Below are positions 20,204-28,700 of a stretch of 64,000 bases of DNA, in pieces. The position numbers were made by a program, and so were the translations under genes. The stretch lies in the IMG/VR virus record IMGVR_UViG_3300010998_000001, positions 27,477 through 91,476 of that record; one strand, given 5' to 3'. How positions within the stretch are numbered: position 1 is the stretch's first letter; every line of letters begins with the position of its first letter. Under the pieces are notes generated by a model. It saw nothing but the letters and a program-made list of their open reading frames with translations. It was not told the origin of the DNA and ran no database searches. Source of the stretch: a virus (Duplodnaviria > Heunggongvirae > Uroviricota > Caudoviricetes).

Positions 20204-21493
20204 ATGAGTAAAAAGACGGCGACAAAAAAACGAACTGATAGCAAGGGGCGTAATCTTAATACTGGCGAATATCAACGTAAAGACGGGAGCTATGAATACA
20301 AGTACAAAGACAAATCTGGCAAGTCTCAAAGTATTTATAGCTGGATGTTATTTGATACAGATGAACCGCCAGCGGGCAAACAATGTGTAAAATCTTTGCG
20401 GGCTATGGAAGAAGAAATTACAAAAGATCGAATCCACAACTTAGATATTTCTCGAAAAGCCCAAAAGAAAACACTTAACCAAGCGTGGGATGATTACTTA
20501 GCAACCGCAATCAACCTGAAGGACAGCACAAGAGAAAATTACACTTATATGTGGAATCATTTTGTGCGGGAATCATTTGGCTCGAAAAAAGTAAAAGATA
20601 TAACCTATACAGATGTAAAAAAATTCTATATATATCTGATAGAAGAAAGAGGCTTATCTGTCGCTACACTTGAGAGTATTCACACATTGGTTCATCCGGC
20701 ATTGACAACCGCAGTAAGAAATGAATGGCGACTAAATAATCCTTCGGATGGTGTAATGGCCGCGTTCAAAGTTGGCGATTGGAAATCTGAGCGAATAGCA
20801 TTAACAGAAGAACAGCAGAGAAATTTTTTACAGTATGTAAAAGAGTCAGAAACATTCAATCATTTCTACCCGTTGTTCATTACAATGTTTGGAACTGGCG
20901 CGAGAATTGGCGAAATCCTTGGTCTGCGAATAATCGACTGTGATTTTCGTAAAGAAGAGATTGATATTAACCATCAACTTATTTACCGAAAAAATTCCAA
21001 GACAGGCAAAATGGAGTTGCATATTACAACTACCAAAACCAAAAATAGCAATCGTAAAGTGCCGATGATGCCGCAAGTCAAAGAAGCATTAATGGAAGAA
21101 ATAGATCGGAGAACAAGGGCTCCGTGCAAATCTATTGTTGATGGTTACGGCGGATTTGTTTTTACGACAAGATTTAGCCGAGCTATGACACCGCATAATG
21201 TAAATCGCGCCATCGAGAGAATTGTAAAAACGTATAATGAACAGGAAGAGATCGCGGCAAAAGAAGAACACCGCATAGCCGAATTGTTACCTCACTTCAC
21301 TTGCCACAATGCCAGACACACATTCGCATCAAGAATGTGTGAGCAAGTTTCCGACGAGGTTGTTCTTAAATCAGTTCAGGCGATTCTTGGACACGCCAGT
21401 TTTGAAACGACTATGGATGTGTACGCGAAGGCGAATGAGAAGAAGAACAAGCAAGCCATGATCGCCATGAGCAGGTGTGCCGTGTTTGGATGA
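20204..21493 (+). CDS. int: tyrosine integrase with Tn916-type N-terminal arm-binding domain
   Basis: N-terminus KKRTDSKGRNL.TGEYQRKDG.YEYKY. Catalytic GARIGE, HNARH, LGH...TMDVY. Confidence 0.93.
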   Translation: MSKKTATKKRTDSKGRNLNTGEYQRKDGSYEYKYKDKSGKSQSIYSWMLFDTDEPPAGKQCVKSLRAMEEEITKDRIHNLDISRKAQKKTLNQAWDDYLATAINLKDSTRENYTYMWNHFVRESFGSKKVKDITYTDVKKFYIYLIEERGLSVATLESIHTLVHPALTTAVRNEWRLNNPSDGVMAAFKVGDWKSERIALTEEQQRNFLQYVKESETFNHFYPLFITMFGTGARIGEILGLRIIDCDFRKEEIDINHQLIYRKNSKTGKMELHITTTKTKNSNRKVPMMPQVKEALMEEIDRRTRAPCKSIVDGYGGFVFTTRFSRAMTPHNVNRAIERIVKTYNEQEEIAAKEEHRIAELLPHFTCHNARHTFASRMCEQVSDEVVLKSVQAILGHASFETTMDVYAKANEKKNKQAMIAMSRCAVFG

Positions 21494-21494
21494 G

Positions 21495-21733
21495 TTTACG
21501 AAAAAATTTACGAAAAATGCCCAAATTTTTCTAAAAACATTTGAAACTTTTTGAAACTTTTTTGAAATCGCAATACTATATATAGATTGTGTCATAAGTT
21601 GAAATGCTATATATTGTATATGATTTACCGATATGGGCAAATCCCGACAATGAAGCCGAACGACTGAAAAGCCGCTTGTATCAACGGTTACAGGATTAAC
21701 ATAGTCGATTTACGAAAAAGTTTACGAAAAATG
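21495..21733. other. attP region: arm-site repeats flanking a core
   Basis: TTTACGAAAAA-N-TTTACGAAAAATG occurs at 21495-21519 and 21709-21733. TTTGAAACTT repeats lie at about 21540-21567. Candidate core CCGACAATGAAGCCG at 21644-21658. Confidence 0.75.
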
Positions 21734-21785
21734 GCTAGACAGCAACACAAGTGCTATTAAAACAGTAAAAATAAAAACGCAAAAG

Positions 21786-21819
21786 AAAAGGGTGCAGATT
21801 TTGTCTGTACCCTTTTTTT
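21786..21819. terminator. bidirectional intrinsic terminator between the convergent arms
   Basis: AAAA-GGGTGCAGA-TTTTG-TCTGTACCC-TTTTTTT. Confidence 0.8.
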
Positions 21820-21850
21820 ATTCTCTAATGAGAGAGTTATCCTCGCCATC

Positions 21851-22297
21851 TTATTTATATTGTAAAACAATCTTTCCGCAAATCTTGTAGTAAGGAGCTG
21901 GAAGTTCATGCCAAACATAATAGTTATAAGCATCGGCTATAAATATCGCCGCGATTGACAAAACCACCCATGCAAAGAAGAATGGTAAACAAATCATGCC
22001 ATCGAAATTGCACCAGGTATTAGAGTAATCCCACATCACAGGAAATAGATTTGTATGTAGCGCTAGCTCGCCAATTACTAATTCAAAGAATGTAACTAAA
22101 GAGCCACCGATCAATCCTTGTACTAACAGATCAACGTCCCAGGAAATTTTATTGTTGATTTGATCTACGAGTAACATTATTAACCCGCCGCATACACCCA
22201 TCAGAGGATATGATATACCCCTCCAGGTGACTTCCACGGCTATATAGATACAATAACCGAGCAGGAATAGTATTACTGGCTTGATTGCCCGTTTCAT
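21851..22297 (-). CDS. small multi-pass membrane protein (CmpB/ABC-permease-like family common in Firmicute phages)
   Basis: Four hydrophobic segments, EVTWRG.S, E...G, WDYS....NFDG.ICL. Confidence 0.75.
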   Translation of the reverse strand: MKRAIKPVILFLLGYCIYIAVEVTWRGISYPLMGVCGGLIMLLVDQINNKISWDVDLLVQGLIGGSLVTFFELVIGELALHTNLFPVMWDYSNTWCNFDGMICLPFFFAWVVLSIAAIFIADAYNYYVWHELPAPYYKICGKIVLQYK

Positions 22298-23040
22298 TAT
22301 TCCGCCTCCTGCGCGATCAAAGCCTTGAGAATATCGGATTGATACTCAGCAGGAATTTCCATACCATATTGAATCGCGGCGATTTCTGGAATAGTCTCAA
22401 GAGAATTAATATAAGATTTAAGACTGTTCACATAGGTAGTATGCCATGTTTTTTCATTTGTCGCTGCGGTTACAATAGCGCCGAAATCTGCGGCTGAATA
22501 CATACGGCAAAGCTCTCCGTTAGCATGATAAGGTATCTCTGTAGCGCCAGTAGATAAAAGAGAGGCTAAAGACAAGAGGTTGACCTGATCTGTCAACTCC
22601 ATGCTAAAGTGATAAGTTTCCCCATCGGAAAGCTCAAGATCAAAACCGTTAATGATTGCCTGTGTGCAAGCCGCGTTCATTGCGGCAACTTTCATTTCGC
22701 GCACATACTCAAGTGTATAATCTGGATCGTCGTGGATTTCAGGTTCCGGCTCTAGCTCGTCTGGAATAACAATCTCTTCCTCTGTCTCAAGAGCTTCCAC
22801 TAAAGCATTGTATTCCTCCTCATCGACTTCGACAATACTGACAGTTAAAAATTGAATTTCATCATTAATAATGGGACGTAGCCACACATCCCGATACAAA
22901 ATTTCTTTATAATAAACGTATTCGGCGCTGTCAATTTCACAAGCTATCAACGCGCCATGCTTATGTTGATACCTCAAAAACTCAAGCTGCGTTGCAACTC
23001 CAACGATACTCTGCCCATCTATCAATTTGTAGTATCTCAT
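22297..23040 (-). CDS. DUF4376-like tail fibre assembly/accessory protein
   Basis: C-terminal K...MNAAC..AI..GF...D+YHFS...DQ.NL...YHANG..C pattern. Confidence 0.65.
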   Translation of the reverse strand: MRYYKLIDGQSIVGVATQLEFLRYQHKHGALIACEIDSAEYVYYKEILYRDVWLRPIINDEIQFLTVSIVEVDEEEYNALVEALETEEEIVIPDELEPEPEIHDDPDYTLEYVREMKVAAMNAACTQAIINGFDLELSDGETYHFSMELTDQVNLLSLASLLSTGATEIPYHANGELCRMYSAADFGAIVTAATNEKTWHTTYVNSLKSYINSLETIPEIAAIQYGMEIPAEYQSDILKALIAQEAE

Positions 23041-24298
23041 AGTTTACCTCCTTACGCTTGTTCTCTTTCGCCCATCGAGCATTTCTTTTCCACGACTTTG
23101 TAATTCTATAGCCGCTAAATAATTCATTATATAGTTTATTCATACTTTTCTTTGTCTGGTAAGACATGGCAATTTCTGAATGTGCATACCATGATTGAAC
23201 AGAATTGAAAATATCATCCATTGTCATTTCACCATTGGCGAGTTTTGTTTCAAATTTCTTTAAACGCTTACGCATTCTATGAATACCAGCGTGTGTAAGC
23301 CTCATTATGATTTTACCATTACTTGTGATATGATATTTGACTTTCATAAAAGTAAATCCTTTTGAGGATTTAACAATATGTGTTTTCTTTAAACTAAAAT
23401 GTAGCTCTAACTTGTCGGCAATCTTTTCCATTTCTTCAAACAATTGTTCCAATTCTTCTTTAGTCTTTGCCATAACAATGCCATCATCCATATAGCGAAC
23501 ATAGTATTTATACCCACATTTATCTTTAATATAATGGTCTAAATCATTTGCAAACACCAGCGCGATAATTTGTGAGACTTGACTTCCAAGACAAATACCG
23601 CATAGCTTATCATTGAACAAATCATTTAATTGCTTTTCTCTTTCATGCTCATCTTCAATCTGCATTATTTCGTAGAATTGATAAGACTTTACTATATCCA
23701 TAGTAATATCTATAATTCTTTGATCTGTAAAGTGGCGGGCTAATATCTTTCGTATTACTCTGTGCGATATACTATCAAAGTAACCTTTGAAATCGAATAC
23801 TAAGATATAGAAGATTGAGCCAAACTCTTTTGTTGCTTGTATTAACTTAAGCTTTACACGTTTCCTTGTAAAATCAACACCTTTACCTGGTAAGCTTGCA
23901 CCATTGTCAAATATTAAAGTATTCTTGAGAACTGGAACGAGAGAATAATCACACAAGATTCTTTGCGGTACTCGATAATCAATTTTAATTGAGGTAATCT
24001 TTCGCTCTTTACCTCTTTCTCGAATATACATGGTGAGCACATCTTTTAATGGCGGCATTTGACAGTTATCAAGAAGTCCCATGAGCCTATATAGATTTGT
24101 AATTGCGTGTTGTGTGTAGAACTGTACACTACCTTTCCAATCAACATTTAATCTGCATTTTCCTAAACTCGATACCGCGTGTTGCATTGTAAATACTTTA
24201 TCGTAATTATCATATTCGATATTTTGCCTCGCGCGTTTTGCTTTCTTAATTTCATAATCGCGTTCAATTCTTAATTTGGCGCGATAACCTTTATTTAT
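22982..24298 (-). CDS. DGR reverse transcriptase
   Basis: FDFKGYFDSI, GICLGSQVSQ (DGR-type SQ), YVRYMDD. The track starts at ATG 24187, but the frame is open to 24316 and a strong SD (AGAAAGGAG, 24315-24307) lies 8 nt before an in-frame ATA at 24298. Confidence 0.93.
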   Translation of the reverse strand: MNKGYRAKLRIERDYEIKKAKRARQNIEYDNYDKVFTMQHAVSSLGKCRLNVDWKGSVQFYTQHAITNLYRLMGLLDNCQMPPLKDVLTMYIRERGKERKITSIKIDYRVPQRILCDYSLVPVLKNTLIFDNGASLPGKGVDFTRKRVKLKLIQATKEFGSIFYILVFDFKGYFDSISHRVIRKILARHFTDQRIIDITMDIVKSYQFYEIMQIEDEHEREKQLNDLFNDKLCGICLGSQVSQIIALVFANDLDHYIKDKCGYKYYVRYMDDGIVMAKTKEELEQLFEEMEKIADKLELHFSLKKTHIVKSSKGFTFMKVKYHITSNGKIIMRLTHAGIHRMRKRLKKFETKLANGEMTMDDIFNSVQSWYAHSEIAMSYQTKKSMNKLYNELFSGYRITKSWKRNARWAKENKRKEVNYEILQIDRWAEYRWSCNAA

Positions 24299-24565
24299 AG
24301 TAATCGCTCCTTTCTGTTAGAAATTACACTCCATCGTGCGTCAAGCGCAAACTCTCGCCCCAGCTATGAAAATATTTCTATCTTCATAACTTGCCCCATA
24401 TGGGCATATACGCGGAAAGAGTACGATCAGTAGTTATCACTGGTTGCCAGATTTGGATATTCCACCGCATCCTTGTAACAGGCAACGGTATATTTGCCAC
24501 ATAATGTGGAAGGTCATAGTCTCCTTCTCAATAATGATCCTTCGGGCTTATTCATCCTTACTAAA

Positions 24566-24716
24566 TATATTGGGAATCCGAGGGCCACGGCATTCGTGTT
24601 ACTCGCGTTGTTGTTGTTGTTCGGATTGCCATTATTGTTGACATTCATGAAGTTCGTGCTATTACTGGTATTGGGAGAACGCTCCCACCAGTTATTCGCC
24701 TGAACCCAGCCGCCAG
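24566..24716 (-). repeat. DGR template repeat (TR)
   Basis: 151 bp aligned to 25757-25907 (offset 1191). 16 mismatches, 15 of them at TR adenines (- strand). AAC-rich and lies between avd and RT. Confidence 0.97.
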
Positions 24717-24801
24717 CAACAGCCGCGCCACTAGCGCCGCGACATTTAGACCATAACCAATGGTATATAAAACGATAGCCGTATTATATCAATTTATTTA
24801 A

Positions 24802-25599
24802 TTATTCTAAGTCTGCATATCTCTTCTTGTCTGTTTCAATTAAAGAAGCCAACATTGTTTGTAAATCGTTGATGTAGCCAGCCCACTCGCGCATTACAGC
24901 TTCGCCATATCCCATTAAATTAAAATAAGCAAGCGTTGGCCTCTCGATTGCATTTAGCCGATCTAGTGCTTTTATAAAATGTTTCCTTCTGGTTTCATAT
25001 TCCGCTTTTGTCTCTGGCGGCTTTTTATTTCCTTCGCAGAGATGATAAAGAATACTATCAGCCATATCCCATAAGGAATATCCACGAGAGTTTTTAATAT
25101 CCTTTTTAGAAGAAATGATTTTCCCATTTAGAAATTTATGAAACTCTCGCGTTTTCTTTAATATAAGGAATTTCTCTGCTGTTTCTATATCAAGAGCCGT
25201 CATTTTCCATTCCTCTTTTCTTTCGATCTTAGCAACTCCACATAATAAAATGATTTCATAATTCGCAAGTTCGCACCACGCGGCGCTAATCCTTAACTCT
25301 GTGTCTTGTATGCTACAAAAGGCATACATATATTTTTGAAGTTGCATAAACGATTCGATTGTCTCAGTAATTTTATTTGCGTTGTCCGCACCTTTGATTC
25401 TTTTATAAGTAAAGTCAAAACTTATAGAAGCAATTTGGTTATAAACATGATTTAGAATTTCAATAATAGGGTAGCCTATTAATTCGTAACGTCTTTTAGA
25501 CATTTGTTTAATCCTGGATGTCGTTTCAGAATATAACTTTTCAAAAGTATGTTCATATTCATAACCTGATAAATTTCGTTCGTTCTTACGAACGCTCAT
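24802..25599 (-). CDS. avd: Avd-like DGR accessory protein, apparently a tandem double domain
   Basis: Positioned between VR and TR. MSVRKNER N-terminus, basic and all-helical, W...IN....ML...DKKRY C-terminus. 265 aa. Confidence 0.8.
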   Translation of the reverse strand: MSVRKNERNLSGYEYEHTFEKLYSETTSRIKQMSKRRYELIGYPIIEILNHVYNQIASISFDFTYKRIKGADNANKITETIESFMQLQKYMYAFCSIQDTELRISAAWCELANYEIILLCGVAKIERKEEWKMTALDIETAEKFLILKKTREFHKFLNGKIISSKKDIKNSRGYSLWDMADSILYHLCEGNKKPPETKAEYETRRKHFIKALDRLNAIERPTLAYFNLMGYGEAVMREWAGYINDLQTMLASLIETDKKRYADLE

Positions 25600-25671
25600 A
25601 TCTATACCTTCTCCTTTTAATCATTGATTTTACGCGGTCTGATACCGCATAGTTTGTTGCGTAATAATATT

Positions 25672-25695
25672 CCCCGTGGCTTTGATGCCACGGGG
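25672..25695 (-). promoter_or_regulatory. GC-rich hairpin downstream of the VR (candidate DGR homing/cruciform element)
   Basis: CCCCGTGGC-N6-GCCACGGGG perfect 9-bp stem. A second near-palindrome, CTCTATCATAGAG (25741-25753), lies 2 nt after the target stop. Confidence 0.6.
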
Positions 25696-25755
25696 CTTTG
25701 TTATTTCTTTTATTTGTTGCTAGGGGGTATCCTTCGTTTTCTCTATCATAGAGGA

Positions 25756-28700
25756 TTAGATTGAGAAGCCGAGGGCCACGGCATTCGCGTTACTCGCGCC
25801 GTAGTAGTTGGTCGGATAGCCAATATTGTTGACAAACATGAAGTTCGTGCTATAACTGGTATTGGGAGAACGCACCCACCAGTTATACGCCTGAACCCAG
25901 CCGCCAGAGGCGTAACTTGAATCGGCGGTGTATGCAGGAGTAATCGCATACTGAGTTAATTCATTAGTAGGAACGAACATATAGCCAATACTACTATTGC
26001 CAGTATGAATCCAAATATCGCCTGGATTCATAGCCTTCTGATTGAGCGCCGCTGGGTCTGTATCAGTCACATACATTGTGCATCCATCAGGATTAGTAGT
26101 GCCAGAGGATGTGCCTGTTGCTTGTGAAGTTCTAATTCTTCCGCGCCATTTAATTCTAGCATAGTTCGTAGTCAGCCAAGAAATAGGTGAATCGCTAGTA
26201 CCAATCTCATCGTTGTAAATATTTCCAGAGCCGCCAACCTCACGATAACTTGGCAGATAGACTTTATCTTCGCTTGTCCAAATAGTAGAAGATTGTGAAC
26301 CAGCGGACGCTTTAATCTCTACGGCGCGAATAATAGATTGCCATTCTTGCGGCAGAGAATCAAACAACCGCCCATTGCAGAACACGCGCATATCACAGTT
26401 CATCCAGCCGCCAGAGTTAGTATTGGTAGAGTTCATGTAATGTCCACGAGCGCGGAAGCAGTTATTAGCAATGAAACTAGCTTTACTCGTATCAGCAGAA
26501 TTGTAATAGTAGTATTTACCAGCGCCCCAATATTCCATGCGGACTAACTCTCTCGGCCATGTGGCAATCTTTTGAGCAACATCATCGCCCAAATCAGCTT
26601 CCCAAATCTTCATCCAATGGATATGCCCATTACCATAGTAGCGATAACCGCTATTATACTGGACACCACCAAATGTCATACCAATATCAGAATTGGAAGC
26701 GGCAGATCGAAGAAGAACTGTCTTTGTAATTGTATTAGCATAAGAGTCATTTGTATTAGCCCCGAAAGCATACACATATAGATAGTTGCTGCCCTCTGGA
26801 TGCCGAATGACAACTATATCGCGCCGAGCGCCATTGCCGACAGTAACAGACTTATCACCCCATTGAAGAGTTGGAGCTGTATTATAATACAGTCTAAATC
26901 CTTCAGTAGTTTCTCCATCAAATGTTGAAACAAGAGTGGAATTTGCGGCGGCATTAGCAAAATCAAAGTCAATTGCAATAGTAAATGCGGGGCCTCCATT
27001 TTCGCACAACTTGATATTGTCCAATGTCACAGCCGTTGAACCATCGAAGTAGTATCCACCGCTCCAATACTGGTCTACTGTAACGCCGTTCAATATATAA
27101 TCACTCGTTCTTGTAACTGTACGACCTGTACCATCAAGGATTGAAACAGTCTGATTGGGGCCGATTTCAATATCAGACACGTTAGAGAAGTTATAATCAT
27201 GTCCGAGAATAATATCAGTATAATCCTTATCTTCCCAATATGTGCTCTGTTGTCCAGACTGAGCAATGCCATAAATCTGAGCAACAGTCATATCTTTCAT
27301 GTCTGTTCCAGCAACGGGCCAAGCAGCATTCATTACTTGCCACTGAGCATACACGGCAATATCGCCAGTCACAAAACCAGTTGACTTATCCCAGCCAGTA
27401 AAGACACGATAAATATAACTGGATTCACCCGCTGTCCATGTTGGCGTATCTCCGCTATACACAGCTTCCGAACCATAAGGAATATTGGTCTGAGTCTCTA
27501 GCACAGTACCAGAAGTTCTATACCAGATAACGGTGTATGTTCTCGTTGTAGTTGAATACTGTGCGGTAATTGTCCGTGGCCCAGTTATGGCACTACTGAT
27601 GTTATCCCAACCAGTATAAGTATAAACATACTGCGCCGTTGGGGCCATTGTTGGCAATAAAATATCACTTTCATCGACAAAGTTCCAATCGGTTCCGTCA
27701 GACAAATAGATGTAGCCATTGGTGGTGTTTTGATAGTAAACGCCATCATAATTACCGGCATCATAATTGTTGTCCTCCGCCGTTCCAGCGCCAGACAGAG
27801 TAATCGTATAGCCCATGGTGATAGGATCATAAGGAACACCGCCAGCGTCAACCCACTGTGTATATGGATTGCCGTTTTTGTCGTAAATAGGATTGCCGTC
27901 GCCATTCATAAATGTGGCAAGATACTGTGTAACCATAGCATCATAGGTAATCGTTAGATAAGGCCATGCTGTGTTATACTCGGACAGTAAGCTATTACGC
28001 ATCGTGGGAGTGTACGCCGCGCCAGTGAGAACAGACTGTGCAGTAGCATAACCATCGTCGCCAATACCAGTCATTAAAAGGAGATCGTCAAGAGTGTCGG
28101 TATCAGACAAAGACCAATCAATACCAAGTAGTCTCACGCGAGAAAGGTTAGGCGCGGATTCTACAAGGTTAAGAATAATATCTTTAATGGCCTGAGTAGT
28201 AGAGGTAGTGCCAATCGTCAATGCAGCCGTATCTGCAAATTCGCAGTTTTCAGCCACAAGCTGAGTAAGGCTACTAATGTTTGCAATGTTAAGATCGGTC
28301 AGATAGATCAAATCGCGCATTGCAAAAGTTGTCGGGGTAGGAAGGTGCGCCGTCTCAAGCAAGCCATTTGTCGCAAAAGAGATACCAGAGAAAGCGGTGT
28401 TCTCAAGATATACTTCGCGCAGAGACAGGCATCCGGTTAGATCAAGTGCACCCGTAGCATTCGGGCAATTTCTAACATCAAGATATTCAAGCATTGTGCT
28501 GTTGCCAATCGTCAGCCCTTCAAGGTTCGGGTTAGTGTACCCCGTCACATTAGAACCAATTTCAAGCCGCTGAAGGTTAGTCGCCATAGCGAAGTTATTT
28601 TGCTTGAAATATAGGTGGGCAAGACCACTAAGCTCCGTAATCATAGGCGCGGAGCAGAAGTAAAGCTCGGTTTCTGACATCTGTCCAACAGTAGTAAAGT

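Noticed and set aside
21495-21733. CRISPR array
   Set aside because: Only two pairs of 11-bp repeats, with no regular unique spacers or cas genes. Position after int fits att arm sites.
22982-24298. RT as a group II intron, retron or Abi RT
   Set aside because: The adjacent TR/VR pair with adenine-specific mismatches, Avd and the SQ motif indicate a DGR. No intron domain V or retron msr/msd was seen.
24444-25949. Short ORFs overlapping TR and VR (24444..24641, 24494..24703, 25746..25949)
   Set aside because: By-products of AAC-rich repeats. No SD, and they overlap functional elements.
26404-26416. Second DGR variable repeat
   Set aside because: Only a 13-nt match (SGGW codons) to the TR/VR edge, with no extended adenine-specific alignment. 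I saw no other VR by eye; a BLAST of the TR against the full genome would settle it.
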